Counted from the stretch's first letter, positions 1 to 8,262 are shown. The stretch is DNA of 24,000 nucleotides from Rickettsiales bacterium (GCA_040080715.1 JBEBHV010000002.1:33398-57397), one strand, 5' to 3'. Translations and numbers: made by a program. Notes: generated from the sequence alone by a model not told the origin.

Positions 1-918
1 CAATATAATTTGAGTCCGCGCACCAGAAATGACAATCTGTTTAATGCATTTTTTCAAGATAAAATTGCCCTTATACCTAGCGAGCTATTCTTAACTCTTG
101 GTTCCAAGTTTGAACATAATGATTATTCCGGTTTTGAAGTGCAGCCAAGCGTGCGCATGTCCTGGGTGCCGTCTTATACCCAGACAGTCTGGGGTGCGAT
201 ATCACGGGCGGTACATACTCCGAGTCGCTTCGATGCTGATGGACAATTATCATATGCCATATTACCACCAACAGCTACCGTTCCGATTCCAACATTAATT
301 GAGAGCGAAGGTAATGATAGGTTGGATTCTGAGGAGTTGATTTCCTATGAACTTGGTTATCGCTTCCAGCCGATTAAGAATGCCTCTGTTGATATTGCTG
401 GATATTACAATGACTATAATAAATTAAATATTGATACTTTAGGAAATCCAACAGTATTCGGCACTTATGTGCTGCAGCCACTTATAGCTCAGAATGCTAA
501 TAAGGCTAGTTCATTCGGTGGTGAAGTGTTAGTTAGATATGATGTTAATTCATCGTGGAGACTTACTGGTTCTTATAGTTATCTTAATCTTAAATTTGAT
601 GATAAGAGCAAAATTGTATCTTCGCTTTTGGGGAAAAACCCTAAAAATATGTTTAATGTCAGCTCAACCTATCTGTTCCAGAATAAAATTGAGATGAATA
701 ATGCGCTTTATGCGGTTTCTGAGCTGCATGGCATAGATATTCCCGCTTATTACCGTTTTGATACCAAGCTTTCCTATCCTTTGACTGATTCGGTAAAGGT
801 AAGTCTGGTTGGGCAGAATTTGTTTGACCACAGGCATAAGGAATTTTCTCCATTCCTTTATCAAACCCAGACGGAAATCGGGCGCAGCATTTATGGCGGA
901 GTTTCCTATAAATTCTAA
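1..918 (+). CDS. TonB-dependent outer-membrane receptor, C-terminal beta-barrel portion (5' end lies outside the window)
   Basis: The frame is open from nt 1 (caa tat aat precede the TTG at 10 used by the ORF track). Alternating beta-strand pattern rich in Y/N/S/G. The C-terminus ...SIYGGVSYKF ends in Phe, as in the terminal strand of OMP/TonB receptors. Stop TAA at 916-918. Confidence 0.8.
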   Translation, partial: QYNLSPRTRNDNLFNAFFQDKIALIPSELFLTLGSKFEHNDYSGFEVQPSVRMSWVPSYTQTVWGAISRAVHTPSRFDADGQLSYAILPPTATVPIPTLIESEGNDRLDSEELISYELGYRFQPIKNASVDIAGYYNDYNKLNIDTLGNPTVFGTYVLQPLIAQNANKASSFGGEVLVRYDVNSSWRLTGSYSYLNLKFDDKSKIVSSLLGKNPKNMFNVSSTYLFQNKIEMNNALYAVSELHGIDIPAYYRFDTKLSYPLTDSVKVSLVGQNLFDHRHKEFSPFLYQTQTEIGRSIYGGVSYKF

Positions 919-3233
919 TTCCTTAGTGGCTTGCCTGTCTGCAGCATGTGTTCGATGCGGGCGATTGTGCCTTTGGTTTTTACCAATTCCATAAATCCGG
1001 CAAGCTCTAAATCCAATATTTTCTGTTCGCTGATTTCATCGGCAATATCGGTATCACCACCGGTAAGAACCTGTGCTAGTATCCGTGATACCACAACATC
1101 GTGTGGGGTTGCTTTGCCGGAAGCAGCATAACCATCAATAGCCATGAATAATGCTACTTTGCCGGATTCACCGGGAAGACGCAGTGATTGTGGAGCTGGT
1201 GCTTCATAACCATCCGTCATGGATAGGCAGCGCGCCTTGGCATCGGCAAGAACGCGGGTACGATTCATGCTTATTCCATCGCTTTCACGCAGAATTCTTA
1301 AATCTTTTGCTTCCAGTGCCGAACCAGCGGTTTTTGCTGTTCCAATCATCTCAAACACCTTGCTGATGGTTGGCATTGCATTGGCAGGATTATTTATATC
1401 CATATGCCGCAGCAGCATTTCCTTACATCCGCCCCAGGCTGGAATCAAACCAACACCAACTTCCACAAGTCCGGGATATGATTCAACATGTGCCTGTACT
1501 GCGTTTGAGTGCAGAACAATTTCGCAGCCACCACCAAGTGCCATACCAGCCAGAGAGGAAACAACAGGAAATGGTGCGTGTTTGAGTGCCATCATTGCAT
1601 GTTGTCCGGCGCGGATGACATCTTCAATCTGTTTCCATGCGGCAATATTTGCTGCCATTAGCATGAAGCCGAGATTAGCACCAACCGAGAAATTATCGGC
1701 ATCATTACCTATAACCAACCCACGGAAATCTTTTTTAACCAGTGCGACGGTTTGTTCAATCAGTGATAAAATATCAGGATCGACAGAATTCATTTTTGAG
1801 GTAAGTTCAAGACAGGCAATGCCATCGCCAATATCCCAGAGGCTTGCGGAAGCATTTTTTATTACCGGCTTTTTGCTTAATTTTATATCTACAAGCATTA
1901 ATGTTCCTGCCGGCGGAACAATTGAAATATACTCTCCATCTAAGCCAAGTGCTGAGTTATGAGTGCTGAGTGCTGAGTATAATTTCTTTTCATTTGCTAA
2001 AATTGTTGGAATGGCTTTCCCTTGAGTCTTAAGCATTCCTGCAAAATTACCCACGCCGATCTTATCAATCATCTCAAACGGACCGTATTTCCAGCTATAT
2101 CCCAGCTTCATCGCCGCATCTACTGCTGCAATATCATCGGAAATTTCAGGAATAAGTGACGCGGCATAATGTAGCGTTCCGCCGAGCACCGAAGCAGCAT
2201 ATTGTCCACCAATATCAGGATGAGTGAGTAGTGCAGCAAGCCCATTTTTAGCTGCTTCAACGCTTGCCAGTTCAACTTTGTCTTTAACTGGCTTATATTC
2301 ACCAGTTTTAAAATCAATAACCTCTTTGATTTTTTTCTCACCTTCCTTATTCATGCGGTAGAATCCGCCTTTGCCTTTGCGTCCGGTGTAACCGTCAGCA
2401 ATCATTTTTTTCACTAGATCCGGCTCTTGATATAATTTTCTAAAAGCATCGTTTTCCGGAAGGGTGGCAAGCATCGCTTTGGCGATTAATGGCATCAGAT
2501 CGATACCGATCAAATCAAACAAACCAAAAATTCCTGTGCTTGGCATTCCCACTGGTTTACCCATAACAGCGTCAGCCTGCTCAGGCGAGATACCAAGACG
2601 CATGGCTTCTACAAGTCCCAGCATCATCCAGTATACTCCGATGCGGTTGGCAATGAATCCGGGAGTGTCTTTGCAGTGAACGACAGTTTTTCCCAACTTC
2701 ACATCAGCAAACTGCTCTATGGCAAGGACGGCTTCCCTACGTGTATCTTCACCACCCAAAACTTCCAGCAGACGCATAAAGCGCGGTGGATTAAAGAAAT
2801 GAGTAATCATGAAATCTTTCTTGAAATTTTCAGGCAGACCATCAGTCAGTGTTTTTAATGGAAGGGTGGAAGTGTTGGAGGAAATAACGCTTCCTGCTTT
2901 CCGTACCGTATCTATCTTACGGTAGACATCCTGTTTAACATCAAGCCGTTCTAGAACTGCTTCAATAATCCAGTCAGAGTCGGCAAGCATATCCAGATTG
3001 TCTTCAAGATTGCCACAGGTAACAAGCTTGGTCACTTTAGGGTGCAGAAATCCTGATGGTTTATTGGCGAGTTGTTTCTCTATTGCTTTTTCAGTAAGTA
3101 TATTACGGCTTTCTGCTCCAGCTGGTACTATGTCCAGTAAAATTACCGGAGTTCCGCTGCCTGCGATGTGTGCTGCTATTCCACTGCCCATTACTCCTGA
3201 GCCGATAACGGCAACTTTTTTGATAGTGGTCAT
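915..3233 (-). CDS. Bifunctional 3-hydroxyacyl-CoA dehydrogenase / enoyl-CoA hydratase with the dehydrogenase at the N-terminus (FadN-type domain order)
   Basis: 772 aa. N-terminal Rossmann motif VAVIGSGVMGSGIA, followed by HCDH-like core (FFNPPRFMRLLEV, DTPGFIANR). C-terminal ~260 aa look like a crotonase fold (VIGNDADNFSVGANL, LAGMALGGGCEI). Stop TAG at 915-917 overlaps the convergent receptor stop codon. Confidence 0.85.
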   Translation of the reverse strand: MTTIKKVAVIGSGVMGSGIAAHIAGSGTPVILLDIVPAGAESRNILTEKAIEKQLANKPSGFLHPKVTKLVTCGNLEDNLDMLADSDWIIEAVLERLDVKQDVYRKIDTVRKAGSVISSNTSTLPLKTLTDGLPENFKKDFMITHFFNPPRFMRLLEVLGGEDTRREAVLAIEQFADVKLGKTVVHCKDTPGFIANRIGVYWMMLGLVEAMRLGISPEQADAVMGKPVGMPSTGIFGLFDLIGIDLMPLIAKAMLATLPENDAFRKLYQEPDLVKKMIADGYTGRKGKGGFYRMNKEGEKKIKEVIDFKTGEYKPVKDKVELASVEAAKNGLAALLTHPDIGGQYAASVLGGTLHYAASLIPEISDDIAAVDAAMKLGYSWKYGPFEMIDKIGVGNFAGMLKTQGKAIPTILANEKKLYSALSTHNSALGLDGEYISIVPPAGTLMLVDIKLSKKPVIKNASASLWDIGDGIACLELTSKMNSVDPDILSLIEQTVALVKKDFRGLVIGNDADNFSVGANLGFMLMAANIAAWKQIEDVIRAGQHAMMALKHAPFPVVSSLAGMALGGGCEIVLHSNAVQAHVESYPGLVEVGVGLIPAWGGCKEMLLRHMDINNPANAMPTISKVFEMIGTAKTAGSALEAKDLRILRESDGISMNRTRVLADAKARCLSMTDGYEAPAPQSLRLPGESGKVALFMAIDGYAASGKATPHDVVVSRILAQVLTGGDTDIADEISEQKILDLELAGFMELVKTKGTIARIEHMLQTGKPLRN

Positions 3234-3253
3234 AGCAAAATCATCCTTTCTGG

Positions 3254-3372
3254 TTATACTCTTCTCATTTCAAGAATTGGCTTCGTTAACCTTCAACTCG
3301 TGTAGTTTTTCTACACTTCGCCTCGATTGTCTAGCCAATTCTTGAACTGCTTTGAGTATATAAGAAGAGTAT
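3254..3372. repeat. Three-tier nested inverted repeat in the intergenic region between the TPR-like gene 3' end and the fadN-like gene 5' end
   Basis: Outer arms tatactcttct (3254-3264) / agaagagtata (3362-3372). Middle arms tcaagaattggct (3269-3281) / agccaattcttga (3332-3344). Inner hairpin gtgtag-ttttt-ctacac (3299-3315). All three arm pairs are perfect. Confidence 0.8.
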
Positions 3373-3378
3373 ATTGGT

Positions 3379-5394
3379 TTATTTGGCGGCAATAGTTGGG
3401 TTTTGCGTTATTTTGATGCGGGCATTATAATCTTTGATGAATGATTTGGTTTTATTAACAGACTCGATTACCTCATCAAAATTACGTGAGTTAGGAGAAA
3501 TATCCGGAGAAGTAACAAATTCAAACACTTTGCGATTAGGGTTACCTACCATGAGTGGTCCAAAATAATCACGTAGATATTGTAGCTGTTCTTTGTTGTC
3601 AGTAAAAACATGTGCAAGGGCAAGCTTAATTAGGTATTCACTTTCATCTATTGTTATGGGTTCGGTTATATCCCGTCTGGCTTTTAGTATATTTTCTACG
3701 CTGCTGGTAAGTTTATCCCATTCCTTTGTTTTCCAATATATCATGATGCGGATTCGCTCTGTTTCTAGCGAATCATCCTGCCCCAATGTCTGCATTGCTA
3801 AATCATATTTTTCCAGATTTACCATTGCTTCTGCTGCCAGCCGGTTTCTAAGCAGCCGCAACATAATAGGATTTTCCCCAAAGACTGAATCCTGCAATGT
3901 GGTCAGAGCTTTTTGTGGCTGGCGGTTAAGAATATATACTGTGGCGAGTTTTGCTCCAATTTGACTGCGTCTTTCTTTTTCCGTCTGTGCGCGCATCTGA
4001 TGATCCAGCAGACTGGCAACCTGTTCCAATAAATCAACGGAAATAAGTCGTTCTACCAGGCGGTCAATCATTTCATTACCTGCCGTACCGGTAGGCATAT
4101 AATTTCTATATTCGTAGTAAAGTGCCAAAGCTTCCAGAGGTGGCAATTTATCTGCAATACCGTCATTAAACATGATGATAAAAGTTTCAGACATCTTGCG
4201 TGCCATATCTATGGCTGCTGTGGTGTTTTTAAACGACTGGACGCCGTTATTCCATACACGCATAGCATTTACATAATCTTTCTTCTCGTTATACAGATCA
4301 CCAAGCAGAGTAAGAATAGTTAGCTCCAGATTATCGCCATGCCAGCTCAGCCTTAGTCTTTCTAGCCTGTGGGCAGCTTCATCCTTATCCATGCCTGCTT
4401 CCATATCGCGAACTATGCGGGTAAATTCAGCGCGGGCTTTTACGAATGGGTGCTTCACATCTTCTGCCAATTTATCAAGAGTTTCGGTCGCTTCTTCCTC
4501 TTGACCGGTGTTCATAGCGATTTTTGCCATAAGAAAATTTATATAGACATTGATAGAATCGAGCAGATTGTCTTGATGCAGTGAATCAAAAATTTTCAGT
4601 GCTATATTATAATCTTTGTTTGCTATGGCACGATCGGCGGCAACTATCGCTAGTTTTTGTCTGAATACTGGGGGATATTTACTTATATAATCATCATTCA
4701 TTGATAAATAATCGTAAGTTTGGCTGCTGTTACCCAGCAAATCTGAAAGAACCGCCCGCCAATAATCAATTTCCTTATTGTTGTTTAATTCAGTAGCAGA
4801 AAAATCTTTCGCTGATTCTATAAATCGCCCCATAAGGAAATTGGCAACGCCACGCATTGCATTTAGCTTAGCACTGCGATAAAAAGACGGGTTTGCACGG
4901 TTTATTCCATCAAGTAAAGCAGTGGTTTCTGGTACCATTCCATCACTTAAATATATCTGTGCCATTCTTAAGCGGGCACTATTGGCATCCTGAGTATTCT
5001 CAGTTTCAACAATCTGGCTGAATAGTTTTTGAAGCTGCTTTTGTCGGGATGAGGTTATCTCTGCTTTCCATATCTCATGAGGAAAAAGAGTAGGGCTTGC
5101 CTGAACCCCTTTTATTTCTTCTTTGATGTCTGCCTTCGGAAGGTTTGGGGAGATGTTAGCACCTTTGCTGGTAGTTATTCGTAGACCATTGCGAAGCTGA
5201 AGAACAGAAACATCGTCAGCTTTTTTGACTATGGTTATTCCCTGCACGGTTTCCAGCAAATTAAATTCTACAAATTCCCGATATCTGGTTACACCTTCTC
5301 CTATTTTGAATAAGGGGGTTACAATTAGCTCATCGCCAATTACCGGATCGCGGACAATTATTGGATCTGCCATCTCTAAAGTCGGAACTAACAC
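3379..5394 (-). CDS. Large all-alpha TPR-like repeat protein with an N-terminal beta-rich segment; probably the C-terminal part of a gene split from 5505..6425
   Basis: 671-aa ORF. Long helical region with repeated A/Y/L-rich TPR-like hairpins (e.g. DYNIALKIFDSL, DYVNAMRVWNNG, EKYDLAMQTLGQ). The ORF-track start is GTG at 5394. The first ATG (5373) has no convincing SD. The frame stays open upstream to about 5562. Confidence 0.7.
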   Translation of the reverse strand: MLVPTLEMADPIIVRDPVIGDELIVTPLFKIGEGVTRYREFVEFNLLETVQGITIVKKADDVSVLQLRNGLRITTSKGANISPNLPKADIKEEIKGVQASPTLFPHEIWKAEITSSRQKQLQKLFSQIVETENTQDANSARLRMAQIYLSDGMVPETTALLDGINRANPSFYRSAKLNAMRGVANFLMGRFIESAKDFSATELNNNKEIDYWRAVLSDLLGNSSQTYDYLSMNDDYISKYPPVFRQKLAIVAADRAIANKDYNIALKIFDSLHQDNLLDSINVYINFLMAKIAMNTGQEEEATETLDKLAEDVKHPFVKARAEFTRIVRDMEAGMDKDEAAHRLERLRLSWHGDNLELTILTLLGDLYNEKKDYVNAMRVWNNGVQSFKNTTAAIDMARKMSETFIIMFNDGIADKLPPLEALALYYEYRNYMPTGTAGNEMIDRLVERLISVDLLEQVASLLDHQMRAQTEKERRSQIGAKLATVYILNRQPQKALTTLQDSVFGENPIMLRLLRNRLAAEAMVNLEKYDLAMQTLGQDDSLETERIRIMIYWKTKEWDKLTSSVENILKARRDITEPITIDESEYLIKLALAHVFTDNKEQLQYLRDYFGPLMVGNPNRKVFEFVTSPDISPNSRNFDEVIESVNKTKSFIKDYNARIKITQNPTIAAK

Positions 5395-5504
5395 ATGTGG
5401 AGGTGCTGGAGGGCTGGTGCTTACTTCAACCGGAAGCGGGAAAGAAACTGGCTGTTTCTTTTGAGTAAGTAATATAGCGATATTGTTCGAGCTCTCTTCT
5501 TTCG

Positions 5505-6425
5505 TTATGCTGGCATAAACGTTATCATCATCGGTATGTATAATATGGTAGCTTTGGAGTTGTTAATAATGGATGGTTTACCTATGACGGTTTTTTCCAT
5601 ATCATCAAATTCTGATAGATTAAGTTTTGCAGGTTTTTCTAATATAATCCATAGATAACGATTGCGGATAAATATAGAAAAAGCAGTGCGTTCAGCTAGA
5701 GGGAAGCGCAGAGTTGCACTATCTTCAGCTGAAGAAACAGCTACTTTGTTTATCTGGCTCTGTGCAACTGCATTTCCTGTGCTTGGTTGAGCAGCACTAT
5801 CATCAGCTTCTTTCGTTTTCTGAGGAACTGTAGGCTGTTCCTGTTTTTCTTCACCGGCAGCAGGCGTAAGCTTTGCAAGAAATCTTGCAGTATCCGCAGT
5901 TAATTTTTCTTCGTCTTTATTTTTTTCTTTATTAGAAGGCAGGATAATTTTTGCGGAATCTTTTTTATCTTCCGCAGGTACAAGTGGCATTATGTTTTTT
6001 GCTTTAGATGCTTGTTGTGCAGGTGGCTTTCTTGGCGCAACGCCAACCAGCTCTACCCCGCTTACACTGCCACTCATGAATTTGCGGATTTTGTATGGTT
6101 TGTCCGTGGCAAGGATAATGGTTTTGCCGTCTGGCTTCCTCTCTATGCTGGTTACATAAGGATGAAGCTTGGAAAGTATCGCGCTTACGTCCGGATTGGC
6201 TTTACGTTCAAAAGTTATGGAGATATTTTTATTTTTTGAATTCACCTTGAATTCTACCGGCTTTGGCCATTCAAAAGTGACCCTGGCGACATCCCTGATA
6301 ACTTCCCCGCGTGTGACGGGCAGGGACGCTTTCCCAGCAGACAATGCCGGTTTTGCAGGCAGCACAATTACGCAAACAAGCAGCAGCCAGCCAAGAAAAT
6401 TATGTATATGAAAATTCAGACGCAT
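5505..6425 (-). CDS. Secreted protein with signal peptide, beta-rich (AMIN-like by eye) domains and a low-complexity K/E/A/P linker; probable N-terminal part of the split gene
   Basis: Start moved to ATG 6425 (MRLNFHIHNFLGWLLLVCVIVLPAKPALSA|GK, a typical Sec signal peptide), preceded by aaggtgg. The ORF-track extension to 6602 reads through palindromic repeat elements. Confidence 0.7.
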   Translation of the reverse strand: MRLNFHIHNFLGWLLLVCVIVLPAKPALSAGKASLPVTRGEVIRDVARVTFEWPKPVEFKVNSKNKNISITFERKANPDVSAILSKLHPYVTSIERKPDGKTIILATDKPYKIRKFMSGSVSGVELVGVAPRKPPAQQASKAKNIMPLVPAEDKKDSAKIILPSNKEKNKDEEKLTADTARFLAKLTPAAGEEKQEQPTVPQKTKEADDSAAQPSTGNAVAQSQINKVAVSSAEDSATLRFPLAERTAFSIFIRNRYLWIILEKPAKLNLSEFDDMEKTVIGKPSIINNSKATILYIPMMITFMPA

Positions 6426-6487
6426 CGCCACCTTACTTACACAATTATCATTGCTAACGCAGAGAAACATCTTTGCATTTGAAATAT

Positions 6488-6512
6488 AGTCATTTGAGAG
6501 TAAAAATCCCCA
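6488..6512. repeat. Truncated left half of a 'tgtcat..gag..aaaaatccc' palindromic element
   Basis: agtcatttgagagtaaaaatcccc aligns with the left arm of the 6695-6764 element (tgtcattctgaggcatagccgaaaaatccctc) with an internal deletion. Confidence 0.5.
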
Positions 6513-6517
6513 ATTCT

Positions 6518-6606
6518 TGTCATTGCGAACGTAGTGAAGCAATCCAGTATTTTCAACATGTTTTGGCTTCTGGATTGCCACGAATGCTACGCATTCTCGC
6601 AATGAC
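6518..6606. repeat. RPE-like palindromic element (tgtcattgcga...gcaatccag // ctggattgc...tcgcaatgac)
   Basis: Terminal inverted repeat gtcattgcga / tcgcaatgac and internal inverted repeat gcaatccag / ctggattgc. About 89 bp and non-coding. From memory, the architecture resembles Rickettsia palindromic elements. Confidence 0.75.
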
Positions 6607-6694
6607 GAGTGGGTAATTATTGTATCAAATTACTATAATTTACGCAGCAAAGATACCTCGTTATGCGAAGTATGACAACTGTAAGATTGTTTTT

Positions 6695-6764
6695 TGTCAT
6701 TCTGAGGCATAGCCGAAAAATCCCTCAAATTGTTGGAGATATTTCGCTTTCGCTCAGTATGACA
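6695..6764. repeat. Palindromic repeat element, family 'tgtcatNNNgag-(g)c(a/g)tagccga...' (copy 1)
   Basis: Ends tgtcattctgag / ctcagtatgaca are inverted. The interior gccgaaaaatccctc pairs with ggagatatttcgc. Homologous copy at 17633-17710. Starts 12 nt after the stop of the 6777..8168 gene. Confidence 0.75.
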
Positions 6765-6776
6765 GAGCAAAGCTCA

Positions 6777-8168
6777 TTATAAAGAGGCAGTGGGAGAATT
6801 TTGTGGTATGGATTTCGCCACTACCGCCTGCCATTTATTATCTTCTGGCAGGGGAACAAATAACTCATTTTTTACTGCAGGTTTTGGCGGTGAAACATCC
6901 TTGCAATGCGCCCATGGATTTTTCTTCACCAGCTCAACTTGTGCGCGCAGTAAATCTTTTACTTCAGTATCTTTTTTCGCAAGCACATCATCACGCCCAA
7001 GAAAACCGGACATATAATCAATCAGATATTCATGCTGCGCCGGTGGTTGTTTGGCTATTAGTTCGGCGGATAGCGATATAACGCTATTATCAACACTCTT
7101 GTCACTAACTACCCCTTTGCCATGTCCCTTGGAGGAGATGGCAACCAGAGCTTCAGAAATAAGGGCGGATGCCACAAATAGGGCGCGCCATGATACAGCT
7201 TCTCTTCTCGCTCCTTCAGAACCCTTCATATCTATCGTAGTACTTGCCACATGTAACATTGTGCTGACCATATAACCCACCCCAGTTACAGCTAATGGCC
7301 GTTCCTGAATCCATTCCCAAATCCCAGGGAGACCTTGTTTTCTTGGTATGTCAGGGTCATGGACTTTTTCTTCTACCAGATTACCAAAAGTTGCCGATGC
7401 CATAGTCATTGAACCAAGGCCAACATCAAGCCAAGCGGATAGCTTGTTCCGATCTGGAGATTTTGTCTCTTTAAGGGCTGCGGCTGCAATGCATGCTCCG
7501 GCAATAGCAAAGAATGTATTCATTAATTCTGCAGGATAACGACGGAAAAGATCATCAGCGGTTTTTATCTTACTCTTATGTTTATCCTGCGTGATAGAGT
7601 TAAGAGAGCAATCATCAGGCAGGTTAATATTTTGTTCTTGCATATGTTTTGCCATTTTACCGGCTATTTCTTTTATCTGTAAATCTGGAGAATCTTTACG
7701 GGCAAATAATAAAGATGATAGCGTACCACCAAAATAGGCAAATCCTGCTGCTATTTTTAATTTATTGTTTTCATCCTTAAGGCCGTATTTAATGAATGAA
7801 TAATCCCCAACCAGATAAGTAACGCCACTCAAAAACAAACTGCGTTTTTTAACTTTATCCCAAAGTTTAGAATTATCTTTTTTATCTTCGGTTATTTGTG
7901 GCTTTCCTTTTGCCCAGCCATTTTCAGAAAGAATGTCAGTTACCTGTTTAGTCCGACCAAAGCCCCTTACTTCCAGAGTTGCCTTGCCATTCATGGAATT
8001 AGGCACGGTCTGCCAGCCACGCTTTGCCATAGCCAGCGAAATATCACCAAGAGTTTTTTCGGAAGTATCGGGCAGGGCGTGCAAATAGGCGCGTAGCGAG
8101 CCACCATCCGACTTTACGAAGGTCACTTCATCAATAACGCTGCCCTGTGGATAACGGTAAATTCCCAC
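6777..8168 (-). CDS. Hypothetical multi-pass membrane protein (orphan; no family recognised)
   Basis: 463-aa ORF with a GTG start preceded by caggattttta (AGGA). A soluble ~110-aa N-terminal domain is followed by about six hydrophobic segments (e.g. LFLSGVTYLVGDYSFI, IAAGFAYFGGTLSSLLFA, FFAIAGACIAAAAL, LAVTGVGYMVSTMLHVA, ALFVASALISEALVAIS) and a polar C-terminal tail. Codon usage looks like that of the neighbouring genes. Confidence 0.65.
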   Translation of the reverse strand: MGIYRYPQGSVIDEVTFVKSDGGSLRAYLHALPDTSEKTLGDISLAMAKRGWQTVPNSMNGKATLEVRGFGRTKQVTDILSENGWAKGKPQITEDKKDNSKLWDKVKKRSLFLSGVTYLVGDYSFIKYGLKDENNKLKIAAGFAYFGGTLSSLLFARKDSPDLQIKEIAGKMAKHMQEQNINLPDDCSLNSITQDKHKSKIKTADDLFRRYPAELMNTFFAIAGACIAAAALKETKSPDRNKLSAWLDVGLGSMTMASATFGNLVEEKVHDPDIPRKQGLPGIWEWIQERPLAVTGVGYMVSTMLHVASTTIDMKGSEGARREAVSWRALFVASALISEALVAISSKGHGKGVVSDKSVDNSVISLSAELIAKQPPAQHEYLIDYMSGFLGRDDVLAKKDTEVKDLLRAQVELVKKNPWAHCKDVSPPKPAVKNELFVPLPEDNKWQAVVAKSIPQNSPTASL

Positions 8169-8202
8169 TAAAAATCCTGCCTGAAAAAGGTTTCAAGCGT
8201 TC

Positions 8203-8262
8203 ATTATAGCGCAGAATTACAATAATTAAATGACAATTCTATGACAATTAACTATGATTGTT
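8203..8262 (-). promoter_or_regulatory. Candidate promoter/operator of the orphan membrane-protein gene
   Basis: Minus-strand TATAAT at 8208-8203, about 35 nt upstream of the GTG. Just upstream are direct repeats atgacaatt (8230-8238) and atgacaatt (8241-8249) with an 11-bp period, plus a related half-site atgattgtt (8254-8262) that forms acaat-N8-attgt. No good -35. Confidence 0.3.

Noticed and set aside
1219-1962. 247-aa plus-strand ORF antisense to the fadN-like gene. Similar antisense ORFs lie inside nrdJ (e.g. 19623..20108, 19867..20349, 18213..18692) and in the permease, ABC and ligase genes.
   Set aside because: They lie entirely inside strongly supported genes on the opposite strand. 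Their composition is Ser/Ala/Pro/Cys-rich and low-complexity. They have no SD and no recognisable motifs. These are typical shadow ORFs.
1948-1977. Short tandem gtgctgag copies inside the fadN-like coding sequence, as a possible slippage or phase-variation tract
   Set aside because: There are only two adjacent 7-nt units plus one separated copy. The tract encodes an ordinary linker (SALSTHNSALGL) and is too short to be a contingency locus.
6426-6602. ORF-track N-terminal extension (first 59 codons) of the 5505..6602 ORF
   Set aside because: It is a read-through of palindromic repeat elements (6488-6606). A canonical signal peptide with an SD begins at the internal ATG 6425.
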